Source: a virus. Taken from it: DNA of 64,000 nucleotides. Below, in pieces: positions 28,507-39,500 of this stretch; the first letter of the stretch is position 1; each line of letters begins with the position of its first letter. A model generated the notes under the pieces. That model made no database searches and had not been told where the DNA came from. It was given only the letters and a program-made list of their open reading frames with translations. The translations under genes and the position numbers were made by a program. The stretch lies in the IMG/VR virus record IMGVR_UViG_3300042377_000625, positions 28,344 through 92,343 of that record; one strand, written 5' to 3'.

Positions 28507-31500
28507 ATGGCAAGTCAAAATATAAATCAATACGTCCGCTCAAATTGGTCTCTAAAACTTAATTTAGATTCCAATGATATGTCTTTGACCTCAGATGAAC
28601 AAGACTACAATCAAGAGGTTGTTTTCTCCCCATATTTGATTGCACAAACATACGGAAACCGACTTCCTGTTTATTTTGACATTAACAATCCTTTAAGTGT
28701 TCAAAACCAAACACTTTCATATAAACAATACAATAATAATAATATTTTTGTATCTCAAAATTATTACAATCCAAATAATGATGATTTGACTTGTTACTCA
28801 TCATCAACATCATGTGATATTGGGTTAACAGGTGTTGACAACGGATTAGTCAACCAAATGACGGGTGAAACGATAACATTCACTAAAGGTTTATATTCTG
28901 ATTATTTAAAATTCAATAGAATGTATTACGACCGAAGATTAAAGTTACATCAAGTTACAGGTCACACCAATTTACCTAACGTAAGATTTTCGGGGTTTAA
29001 TAAAACCGTTTTATACGAAGTGGTTAGTAAATCAAGCCCTTTTGAGGGTAGATACCACGAATTATATGGTGGTTTTTATCAAGGGTTTTATAAATTATTT
29101 GGTTTTGATTATGAGATTTTTCCTGAAAGAATGAATAAAGGATGGTCCGTTGAAATGGTTTTGAAACCAAGACTTATCAATGAGTATTCTCCATTACCTA
29201 ATGAAACAACTCTTAATGAAATTTATCCAAACAATAAGAATACTTTTTTTTATTTTGGAACTAGAGCTGAAAATAAATTTTATCACCACGCCAGTGGTAG
29301 TCCATTGTGTTTTTCGGGGTACAATCGAGTAACATCAGGTCTAACTCAACTACAAACATGTGCTTGTTGTAATAGAACAATTACGGATAGTAGATGTGTA
29401 TTTGTTTATCCGCCAAGGTCAGTAAATAATATTCATGACCCTCACGTTAATTATGGGTGTAGTAGTTGTAATGGAGACCCAGAAAAGAAAATTACTTGTG
29501 GTTGTGATTGTAATTTAGACCCTTGTGAAACTTGTGGGTGGGAATGTCAAACACACATATGCGACACTATAATTATCCCAACACCAACACCAACACCCCC
29601 TCCAACGCCAATACCTGATTGTGAACTACCACCTGTTTGCACACCATCATGTGATGTTTGTACAACAACCACAACTTGTTATAACTGTAATACAGGATTT
29701 ACATCAATCGAAAATACTTGTGAAACAAATCCAATATATGATTCTATGTCAAACGCATTATCTTTTAGATTATGTGGTGACCCAAAAAATCCTGGTATCG
29801 GAGTTAGAATGTTAAAATTCACAGGAGACTGTGTTACTACGGGTTCTTGTGAAACAAGTGGAATTACGTACACTACAGGACACACTATTGTTGATTATTG
29901 TACACCCCCAATTTACCCTACATGTTTATTAGAGAATCCCGCGTGGTTAGAGGAGGAACATTGGTTTCAAGTAGATGCGGTATGGGAAAGATATACATGG
30001 TTAGATACGTGTGATTTATGGTATCGAGGAGGACTTGGTGATATAACTGAAAAACTTTATTTAGAATCATTAGCAAATAATGCAACATCATTAATTACAA
30101 TACCATACACTCAAATTGGTGGTAAAACATCAGAACAAATTGAGTTGGTTAGATTAAATGAAAAATGGTTAATTGATAAATTATATCGAAATGGGAGACT
30201 TAAGATTTACGTTAATGGTAAATTATTTCATACAATTGAAAATTTTGAGGAGATTATCCCAAGAGGGTTAGATACCGACAAAGAAAAACAAGTTGGTGTT
30301 CCATTTAATATATCGTGGGGTGGAGGTACCCAAGGACTTAGAGAAAATTTAACTTTTTCATCTATGACGCAACCTTACGGACCTTATATTCAAGACCCTG
30401 AAAATTTCCCAATTAATGATTTATCGGGGACAACATTTAATGGGTTAAAAACTAATATATTAATTGAACAGAATTTTGCGGGAACTTTTGATGGTGCCAT
30501 TTCACAATTTAGAATGTATGTTACCCCATTATCGGCTCCTGAGGTAAAACACAACTTTAATTTATTAAAAAATACTTTCAGAATGTTTAACCCTGATTGT
30601 CCTGACTGCTCGACATCGGTTTGTTTACCTAACGACTTTACATACCAAATATCTGGAGAAACAACAACAACCACCACCACAAATTTAACCACAACGACAA
30701 CAACAACCTCAAATTTAACGACAACAACTACAACCTCAAATTTAACAACAACAACTACAACCTCAAATTTAACAACAACTACAACCACATATTCACCGAC
30801 CCCAACACCAACTAACACCCCAACACCAACACCGACTAACACTTCAACACCAACTTCAACACCAACTTCAACACCAACACCTACACCTACACCTACACCT
30901 ACGGTTTATACACCTGGAGAGTGTATTCGTTTTATTGATGATTTAACGGATTGTACTGGTACAATTGCATTACCATCAAATATAAGTCCTTCAACTCAGA
31001 TTAATGGTAAATCATCATATTATTTCACTTATTACTCTATCGCCCCACCCACCGTATTAATGAGGATTTCTTGGGATAATATAAATAATTATTGGATTTT
31101 AGAGGATATGTCCACATATTATCCATTACCTAACCCACTCGCATATCTTCCTATAAATAGTCTTACACCAATTGGGGGAATGAATAATTGGGTACCACTA
31201 CCAAATATTATAGGTAGTTGTCTATATGGAGGCGGTGCAGGAATACAGCATATAAATTTTCTGACGTATACGGTTATTGGAGATTGTTCATCTTGTTGCA
31301 AAACATTCCAATTATATAGTGGATTTGGACCTGGAACTGGTTCAACGTATCAAATTTTATATTGTGATAATACTGTCGAAGTTATTGATGTACCATTATA
31401 TGTTACCATAACTTATAAATGTGCCATCAATGTAATTAAACTTAATGGTGGAGGAACTGTAACAGTTGTTGATATCAATTGTGATTGTGACCCAAATAAT

Positions 31501-31512
31501 TTAAGTATATGA
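28507..31512 (+). CDS. Large virion protein: split LamG/ConA-like domain, Cys-rich inserts, Thr- and Pro-Thr linkers
   Basis: WSVEMVLK...LKIYVNGKL...[11 protein letters not shown] LamG-like strands; many CxxC/CxC; poly-Thr and (PT)n. Confidence 0.6.
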   Translation: MASQNINQYVRSNWSLKLNLDSNDMSLTSDEQDYNQEVVFSPYLIAQTYGNRLPVYFDINNPLSVQNQTLSYKQYNNNNIFVSQNYYNPNNDDLTCYSSSTSCDIGLTGVDNGLVNQMTGETITFTKGLYSDYLKFNRMYYDRRLKLHQVTGHTNLPNVRFSGFNKTVLYEVVSKSSPFEGRYHELYGGFYQGFYKLFGFDYEIFPERMNKGWSVEMVLKPRLINEYSPLPNETTLNEIYPNNKNTFFYFGTRAENKFYHHASGSPLCFSGYNRVTSGLTQLQTCACCNRTITDSRCVFVYPPRSVNNIHDPHVNYGCSSCNGDPEKKITCGCDCNLDPCETCGWECQTHICDTIIIPTPTPTPPPTPIPDCELPPVCTPSCDVCTTTTTCYNCNTGFTSIENTCETNPIYDSMSNALSFRLCGDPKNPGIGVRMLKFTGDCVTTGSCETSGITYTTGHTIVDYCTPPIYPTCLLENPAWLEEEHWFQVDAVWERYTWLDTCDLWYRGGLGDITEKLYLESLANNATSLITIPYTQIGGKTSEQIELVRLNEKWLIDKLYRNGRLKIYVNGKLFHTIENFEEIIPRGLDTDKEKQVGVPFNISWGGGTQGLRENLTFSSMTQPYGPYIQDPENFPINDLSGTTFNGLKTNILIEQNFAGTFDGAISQFRMYVTPLSAPEVKHNFNLLKNTFRMFNPDCPDCSTSVCLPNDFTYQISGETTTTTTTNLTTTTTTTSNLTTTTTTSNLTTTTTTSNLTTTTTTYSPTPTPTNTPTPTPTNTSTPTSTPTSTPTPTPTPTPTVYTPGECIRFIDDLTDCTGTIALPSNISPSTQINGKSSYYFTYYSIAPPTVLMRISWDNINNYWILEDMSTYYPLPNPLAYLPINSLTPIGGMNNWVPLPNIIGSCLYGGGAGIQHINFLTYTVIGDCSSCCKTFQLYSGFGPGTGSTYQILYCDNTVEVIDVPLYVTITYKCAINVIKLNGGGTVTVVDINCDCDPNNLSI
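30661..30903 (+). repeat. Low-complexity Thr-rich (TTTTTSNL) and (PT)n coding repeat
   Basis: Visible in both DNA and translation. Confidence 0.9.
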
Positions 31513-32006
31513 ATGAAACAATTGTAATATCTAGTATCAATTATAATGGTCAAATTGCTAATGTTGTTTTTAAACCTGACAACAGTATGGACGCTATTAA
31601 TTTAGGTGATGTATTATTACCTTTTTTATTTGAACCTAACTTATTAACTCCCCCAAGAGAGGTTTATGGTGTTTATACTATATTAGTTATTAATTCTGAC
31701 TGCCCTAACTTCTTAACTGTTGTTAGACCAATTCCATCACCAACACCTACACCAACACCTACAAGTACCCCAACTCCTATTCCTACAAGTACGCCAACAC
31801 CAACACCAACAGACACTCCTTGCCCCCCACAACCAACTAAAACGCCTAAACCAACCAAAACACCAACTCCAACACTACACCCAACACCAACCCCTACTTT
31901 TGACCCTTGCGCCACCCCAACACCAACCCCAAAACCAACTCGTGCTCCAAGACCAACACCAACATTAACTCGCACCCCTTGTGTAACACCAACAATTGGT
32001 TTATAA
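31509..32006 (+). CDS. Small virion-type protein with a long Pro-Thr tail
   Basis: Beta-rich N-terminus plus (PT)n; overlaps the upstream stop. Confidence 0.65.
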   Translation: MNETIVISSINYNGQIANVVFKPDNSMDAINLGDVLLPFLFEPNLLTPPREVYGVYTILVINSDCPNFLTVVRPIPSPTPTPTPTSTPTPIPTSTPTPTPTDTPCPPQPTKTPKPTKTPTPTLHPTPTPTFDPCATPTPTPKPTRAPRPTPTLTRTPCVTPTIGL

Positions 32007-32063
32007 TATTAAGTTTAAGAATAAAATAAAAATAAAAGATATTTATTAAATAAAAAAAAAACT

Positions 32064-33098
32064 ATGTCAACATCAAGACCATTTGCATATAATCCAACAT
32101 TATCACTAATCAATGGGGCTATCCGAGTATTTAATAGTACATTAACTATTGGGGTTGACGACCAAGACTACACATTACAACCAGGTGGAATTCAATGGTG
32201 GAACGGACCCGATGAAGACCTTGGGTATGTAATCGCTCACTCAGTTCCAACAGGAACACAACCAAATCCGTTAGGGATTTCTGCGTATGTAGGATTTTGG
32301 AGGTCGTTGTCGTTAAATGAAATTTCATTTGTTGAAAAGGCGGGATTTGTTAGTAGTAAAACTTACACAACAGGTGACGAGGCGTATATTTGGATGAACG
32401 GTTTTGGACATTGGTCTTCTTGGGAAGTAAATCCAGGTTCGTTAATATTTCCAAATAGTTCTAATACGGCAAGGATTATTCCTACTCATATTGGTACAGT
32501 TAATGAATTCTTTACAATTGAATTTTGGTATTTTGGAAATCCAGTATCAACAGGTAGTAACCAATACATATTTAGTCAAAGTGCTTCATTTGGTGGTGGT
32601 GATTTAAATTTATATATTGACCCATCAGATAGTTGTCTTCACGGATTATCCACTGGTAATGCGATATCTCTACCATTGTCAACAAATGTTTGGCAACACA
32701 TTGCAATTACATGTGACAATGGTCAAGTTAAAGTCTATTTTGATGGTAATGACAAAACTGCCGTTGGAATACCTAACACTCTGATTAGTAACACTATTGG
32801 TTTAATTTATTTTGGCTCTTTACTATCGAGTAGTAATTTTTTAGATGCGAAACTTACTGATATAAGGATATGTAGAAATATTGTATATACAAGTGGGTTT
32901 ACAACCCCCAAAAGTTCATTATTACCAATACAAGGTGCAAATCCTTACGGAGGTGCGTCCACTAATCAAATTAATGATGGTGACTGTGTTCTTTTAATTG
33001 ACTCATTAAATTCACCCTCTTTTCAACAAGACCTTAGTAATTTAGGTAGTACCGTTATTGTTGGGGCAATAACACGTAGTTCTGACACTCCTTATTAA
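32064..33098 (+). CDS. LamG/concanavalin A-like domain virion protein
   Basis: FTIEFWY...WQHIAIT...VKVYFDG...LTDIRI; late motif at 32040-32047. Confidence 0.75.
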   Translation: MSTSRPFAYNPTLSLINGAIRVFNSTLTIGVDDQDYTLQPGGIQWWNGPDEDLGYVIAHSVPTGTQPNPLGISAYVGFWRSLSLNEISFVEKAGFVSSKTYTTGDEAYIWMNGFGHWSSWEVNPGSLIFPNSSNTARIIPTHIGTVNEFFTIEFWYFGNPVSTGSNQYIFSQSASFGGGDLNLYIDPSDSCLHGLSTGNAISLPLSTNVWQHIAITCDNGQVKVYFDGNDKTAVGIPNTLISNTIGLIYFGSLLSSSNFLDAKLTDIRICRNIVYTSGFTTPKSSLLPIQGANPYGGASTNQINDGDCVLLIDSLNSPSFQQDLSNLGSTVIVGAITRSSDTPY

Positions 33099-33117
33099 TA
33101 ACTATAAAAACATAAAT

Positions 33118-33146
33118 AAAGTCCTCCAACCCTTGGGGGATTTTTT
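33118..33146 (+). terminator. Intrinsic terminator
   Basis: AAAGTCCTCCAA-CCC-TTGGGGGATTTT followed by further Ts. Confidence 0.7.
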
Positions 33147-33189
33147 GTTTTAAAAAAGAGTTAAAGTAAATACTAACTATTTATTCAAT

Positions 33190-33492
33190 ATGACACAAAT
33201 TGAGATTACTGGAGTTTCTGGAGTTACATTACCGTATGATTTATATGCGTGTGATGTGTATGGGAATCAATGTGTTTTAATTTCAACTATTAACACTCAA
33301 GTACCTCCATCAATATCTATTGTACTACCAACCACATTCAATTCAGCCCCCGCCGTTGGAATAAAAATCATAGACTCTTTGGGGTGCGAAAAGTTCGGAA
33401 TAATTTATTGTGACGAGAAAGGTAAGATTTATCAAGACGGAGAAATCTTTATTTTCATGGATGCAAATATTTATATATTCGAAGACCAATAA
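33190..33492 (+). CDS. Small putative fibre adaptor protein (paralog of 61532)
   Basis: IEI..V..PY...CDV....C...KIIDS.GC pattern shared with 61532; late motif at 33178. Confidence 0.6.
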   Translation: MTQIEITGVSGVTLPYDLYACDVYGNQCVLISTINTQVPPSISIVLPTTFNSAPAVGIKIIDSLGCEKFGIIYCDEKGKIYQDGEIFIFMDANIYIFEDQ

Positions 33493-33539
33493 AAACCAAA
33501 TTATGAAAAGATTCATATTTATACATATAGACTAAAAAG

Positions 33540-36500
33540 ATGCCGAATTATCAAAGACTGACCGACAGAACCCAAGCTCCGATAGTATCTCCAGATGACA
33601 TTGTACACATTGTCATTACGGGTGATACATCACAAAACCCCGCAGGTTCATCATATAAAGCAAGTATCCAACAAATTGCGGATGCTCTATCCCTTGCTGG
33701 TACTTCAGGTACTGCAGGAACAAGTGGTGTTAATGGTTCATCAGGAACAAGTGGTGTTAATGGTTCGTCAGGTTCAAGTGGTCAAAATGGTACTTCAGGT
33801 TTAAGTGGTTCTTCAGGAAGTAGTGGAACATCAGGAAGTAGCGGTTCTTCGGGTAGTTCAGGAACTAAAGGAACATCAGGTTCAAGTGGTACTTCAGGAA
33901 TATCAGGTTCTAGTGGAACAAGTGGTTCATCAGGAAGTTCAGGTTCAAGTGGTTCATCAGGAAGTTCAGGTTCAAGTGGTTCTTCTGGTAGTAGTGGTTC
34001 TTCAGGAACTAACGGTTCTTCAGGAACTAACGGTTCTTCAGGAACTAACGGTTCATCGGGTTCATCGGGTTCTTCGGGTGAAAGTGGTTCATCAGGAACA
34101 TCGGGTACGTCAGGTAGTAGTGGTTCTTCTGGTAGTAGTGGTTCTTCAGGAACTAACGGCTCTTCAGGGACTAACGGCTCTTCAGGGACTAACGGCTCTT
34201 CAGGGACTAGTGGAAGTTCGGGTACTGATGGTTCATCAGGTACTTCAGGTACTGATGGTAGTTCAGGAACAAGTGGGACTGACGGTTCTTCAGGAACGTC
34301 AGGTTCTTCAGGAACAAGTGGGATTGACGGTTCTTCAGGAACTTCAGGAACTGACGGTAGTTCGGGAACTTCAGGTGCTGATGGTTCTTCGGGAACTTCA
34401 GGGTCTAGTGGTATAAGTGGTGTTAATGGTTCTTCAGGGACTTCAGGTATTAGTGGGACCGATGGTAGTTCAGGTACGTCAGGAAATAGTGGGTCTTCAG
34501 GAACATCAGGAACAGATGGTTCTTCAGGAACATCGGGCTCAAGCGGAACAAGTGGTACCAATGGTAGTTCAGGTACAAGTGGAACTGACGGTAGTTCAGG
34601 TACAAGTGGAACTGACGGTAGTTCAGGAACTAGTGGTATTGACGGTTCTTCAGGAACAAGCGGTACTGACGGTAGTTCAGGAACAGATGGTTCATCAGGA
34701 ACTAGTGGAACAGATGGTTCTTCAGGAACATCGGGCTCAAGTGGTACAGATGGTAGTTCAGGTACAAGCGGAACTGACGGTAGTTCAGGAACTTCAGGAA
34801 CAGATGGTTCATCAGGAACTAGCGGAAGTTCAGGAACAGATGGTTCATCAGGAACAAGTGGAACTGACGGAAGTTCAGGCACTTCGGGTTCAAGCGGATT
34901 AAGTGGTGTTGATGGTTCTTCAGGAACAAGTGGAACTGACGGTAGTTCAGGAACAGATGGTTCATCAGGAACTAGCGGAACTGACGGTAGTTCAGGAACA
35001 AGCGGAAGTTCAGGAACAGATGGTTCTTCAGGAACAAGTGGAACGGATGGTTCTTCAGGGACTAGCGGTTCTTCAGGAACAAGTGGGAGTTCAGGTACTT
35101 CAGGAACTGATGGTTCTTCAGGAACAAGTGGAACTGACGGTAGTTCAGGAACAAGTGGTACCGATGGTTCAAGTGGTACCTCGGGTTCAAGTGGAATTAG
35201 TGGTGTTAACGGAACTAATGGTACGTCAGGTTCTTCAGGAACAAGCGGAACAGATGGTTCATCAGGGACAAGCGGTAGTTCAGGAACAGATGGTTCATCA
35301 GGAACTAGTGGTACTAACGGTTCTTCAGGAACTAGCGGAACAGATGGTTCATCAGGAACAAGTGGAACTAGCGGAACAGATGGGTCATCGGGAACAAGTG
35401 GAACATCAGGTTCAAGTGGATTAAGTGGTGTTGACGGTTCTTCAGGAACAAGCGGAACAGACGGTTCTTCAGGAACTAGCGGTACTGATGGTTCTTCAGG
35501 AACAAGCGGAACTGATGGTTCTTCAGGTACTAGTGGAACAAGCGGAACAGATGGTTCTTCAGGAACAAGTGGAACATCAGGTTCAAGTGGATTAAGTGGT
35601 GTTGATGGTTCTTCAGGTACTTCAGGAACAGATGGTTCTTCAGGAACAAGTGGAAGTTCAGGTACTTCAGGAACAGATGGTTCATCAGGAACTAGCGGTA
35701 CTGACGGTAGTTCAGGTACTTCAGGAACATCGGGGTCAAGTGGTTCTTCAGGAACTAGCGGTACTGATGGTTCTTCAGGAACAAGCGGAACTGATGGTTC
35801 TTCAGGTACAAGTGGAAGTTCGGGTACTGATGGTTCTTCAGGTACAAGTGGAAGTTCTGGTACAAGCGGTTCTTCAGGTTCAGGCGGTTCCTCAGGAACA
35901 AGTGGAACAGATGGTAGTTCAGGTACTAGTGGAACAGATGGTTCTTCAGGTACTTCAGGGACAGATGGTTCATCAGGTACTTCAGGAACAGATGGGTCAT
36001 CGGGAACAAGTGGAAGTTCGGGTACTGACGGTAGTTCAGGAACTAGCGGAACTGATGGTTCTTCAGGAACATCGGGGTCAAGCGGATTAAGCGGTGTTGA
36101 TGGTTCTTCAGGTACAAGCGGAACTGACGGTTCTTCAGGGACTAGTGGGAGTTCAGGAACTGATGGTTCTTCAGGAACTAGTGGTACATCAGGTACAGAC
36201 GGCTCTTCAGGAACTAGCGGTACATCAGGTACAAGTGGGACAGATGGTAGTTCAGGAACCTCGGGTTCAAGTGGATTAAGTGGTGTTGATGGTTCTTCAG
36301 GAACTAGCGGAACTGACGGTAGTTCAGGAACAGATGGTTCTTCAGGAACTAGTGGAAGTTCAGGAACTAGTGGAAGTTCAGGTACAGATGGTTCTTCAGG
36401 AACAAGTGGAACGGATGGTTCTTCAGGGACTAGCGGTTCTTCAGGAAGTTCAGGAACAAGTGGTACTGACGGTTCTTCAGGAACTAGCGGGACAGATGGC

Positions 36501-39500
36501 TCGTCAGGTTCAAGTGGTATTAGTGGTGTGAATGGTTCATCAGGAACAAGCGGTACTAACGGTTCATCGGGGACCAGTGGTTCTTCAGGAACAGATGGTT
36601 CATCAGGAACAAGTGGTTCGTCAGGAACAAGTGGGACTGATGGTAGTTCAGGAACAAGCGGTACGGATGGTAGTTCAGGAACAAGCGGAACTGACGGTTC
36701 TTCAGGCACTAGCGGAACAGATGGTTCATCAGGTACTTCAGGTACTAGTGGAACAGATGGTTCATCAGGAACTAGCGGAACAGATGGTTCATCAGGAACA
36801 GATGGTTCTTCAGGAACTTCGGGAACAGATGGCTCTTCAGGTACTAGTGGAACTTCAGGAACAGATGGTAGTTCAGGAACAAGTGGAACTAATGGGAGTA
36901 GTGGAACATCAGGTTCAAGTGGATTAAGTGGTGTTGACGGTTCTTCAGGAACAAGCGGAACAGATGGTTCTTCAGGAACAAGTGGAAGTTCAGGTACTTC
37001 AGGAACAGATGGTTCTTCAGGAACAAGCGGAACAGATGGTTCTTCAGGGACTAGTGGGAGTTCAGGAACTGATGGTTCTTCAGGAACTAGTGGTACATCA
37101 GGTACAGACGGCTCTTCAGGAACTAGCGGTACATCAGGTACAGACGGCTCTTCAGGAACTAGCGGAAGTTCGGGAACTGATGGTTCTTCAGGAAGTAGTG
37201 GTACTTCAGGTACAGACGGCTCTTCAGGAACATCAGGTACTAGTGGAACCGATGGTTCTTCAGGAACAAGTGGAACCGATGGTTCTTCAGGAACAAGTGG
37301 AACTTCAGGAACAGACGGTTCTTCAGGAACATCAGGAACAGACGGTTCTTCAGGAACTTCAGGTACAGACGGCTCTTCAGGAACATCAGGTACTAGTGGA
37401 ACCGATGGTTCATCAGGAACAAGCGGAACTGATGGTTCTTCAGGAACATCGGGTTCAAGCGGATTAAGTGGTGTTGATGGTTCTTCAGGAACTTCAGGAA
37501 TAGATGGTTCTTCGGGAACTAGTGGTACTTCAGGTACTGATGGTTCATCGGGAACAAGTGGAAGTTCAGGTTCATCAGGAACTAGCGGTAGTTCAGGTAC
37601 TTCAGGAACATCAGGTTCAAGTGGATTAAGTGGTGTTGATGGTAGTTCAGGTACAAGTGGAACTGATGGTTCTTCAGGAACTAGCGGAACTGATGGTTCT
37701 TCAGGAACTAGCGGAACAAGTGGTACAGATGGTTCATCAGGAACTAGTGGTACTTCAGGTACGGATGGCTCATCAGGAACATCAGGTACTAGTGGAACAG
37801 ATGGTTCATCAGGAACATCAGGTACTAGTGGAACAGATGGTTCATCAGGAACAGATGGGTCAAGTGGAACTTCAGGAACAAGCGGAACTGACGGTAGTTC
37901 AGGTACAAGTGGAACAGATGGTTCATCAGGAACGGATGGTAGTAGCGGAACTTCAGGCTCAAGTGGTATTAGTGGTGTAAATGGTTCATCAGGAACAAGT
38001 GGTACATCTGGTTCAAGCGGAACAAGTGGCTCATCAGGAACTTCAGGGTCAAGTGGGACATCAGGTTCTAGTGGAACAAGTGGGTCTTCAGGTACAAGCG
38101 GGTCATCAGGTTCAAGTGGTTCGTCAGGAACAAGTGGTAGCTCGGGTACATCAGGCACTAGCGGTAGTTCAGGTTCATCGGGGACATCAGGTTCAAGTGG
38201 TTCGTCAGGAACTAGCGGAACAGATGGTTCTTCAGGAACATCGGGTTCTTCAGGAACATCAGGTTCAAGTGGTACTTCAGGTTCGTCAGGAACTAGTGGT
38301 TCATCAGGAACTAGCGGAACATCGGGGTCAAGCGGTTCTTCAGGGTCTAGCGGAACAAGTGGAACATCAGGAAGTTCAGGTTCATCAGGAAGTTCAGGGT
38401 CTAGTGGTTCGTCAGGTACTGCGGGTACAAGCGGAACGTCAGGAAGTTCAGGTTCATCAGGAACTAGCGGTAGTTCAGGTACAAGTGGTTCATCGGGAAC
38501 AAGTGGAACGTCAGGTTCTTCGGGTACTTCAGGAACTAATGGTTCATCAGGAACATCGGGTTCAAGTGGTTCATCGGGAACAAGTGGAACGTCAGGTTCT
38601 TCGGGTACTTCAGGAACAAGCGGTTCATCAGGAACAAGTGGTTCATCAGGAACAAGTGGTTCATCAGGAACAAGTGGTTCATCAGGAACTAACGGAAGTT
38701 CAGGAACTAGCGGAACTTCAGGTTCAAGTGGTACTTCAGGAACTAGTGGAAGTTCAGGGTCATCAGGTTCAAGTGGTTCTTCAGGAACTAGCGGAAGTTC
38801 AGGTACGTCAGGGACAAGTGGTTCTTCAGGAACATCAGGTACTAGCGGAACATCAGGTACAAGTGGTTCATCAGGAACTAGCGGAAGTTCAGGTACGTCA
38901 GGGACAAGTGGTTCTTCAGGAACTAGCGGAACTTCAGGTTCAAGTGGTTCATCAGGAACTAACGGGTCATCAGGAACTTCAGGTTCTGCGGGTACAAGTG
39001 GGACTAGCGGAACATCAGGTACTAGCGGAAGTTCAGGTACATCAGGAAGTTCAGGTTCTAGTGGTAGTTCAGGTTCATCAGGGTCTAGTGGGACAAGCGG
39101 TTCATCGGGGTCAAGCGGTTCTTCAGGTACTGCAGGTACAAGTGGAAGTAGTGGAACATCAGGGTCAAGCGGTTCTTCAGGTACAAGTGGAACATCAGGT
39201 TCTAGTGGTAGTTCAGGTTCTAGTGGAAGTAGTGGAACATCGGGAACGTCAGGTAGTTCAGGTTCAAGTGGTACATCGGGTAGTTCAGGAACGTCGGGGA
39301 CAAGTGGTTCTTCAGGAACTAGTGGAACTTCAGGTTCTTCAGGAACTAGCGGTTCTTCAGGTACGAGTGGCTCATCAGGTTCTTCAGGAACTAGCGGAAC
39401 TTCAGGTACGAGTGGCTCATCAGGAACATCAGGTTCATCAGGTAGTTCGGGCTCAAGTGGAACAAGTGGTTCGTCAGGAACAAGTGGTAGCTCGGGTACA

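Noticed and set aside
30390-31975. Antisense Val/Gly-rich ORFs (30390-30842, 31673-31975)
   Set aside because: Reverse complements of the Thr/Pro linkers
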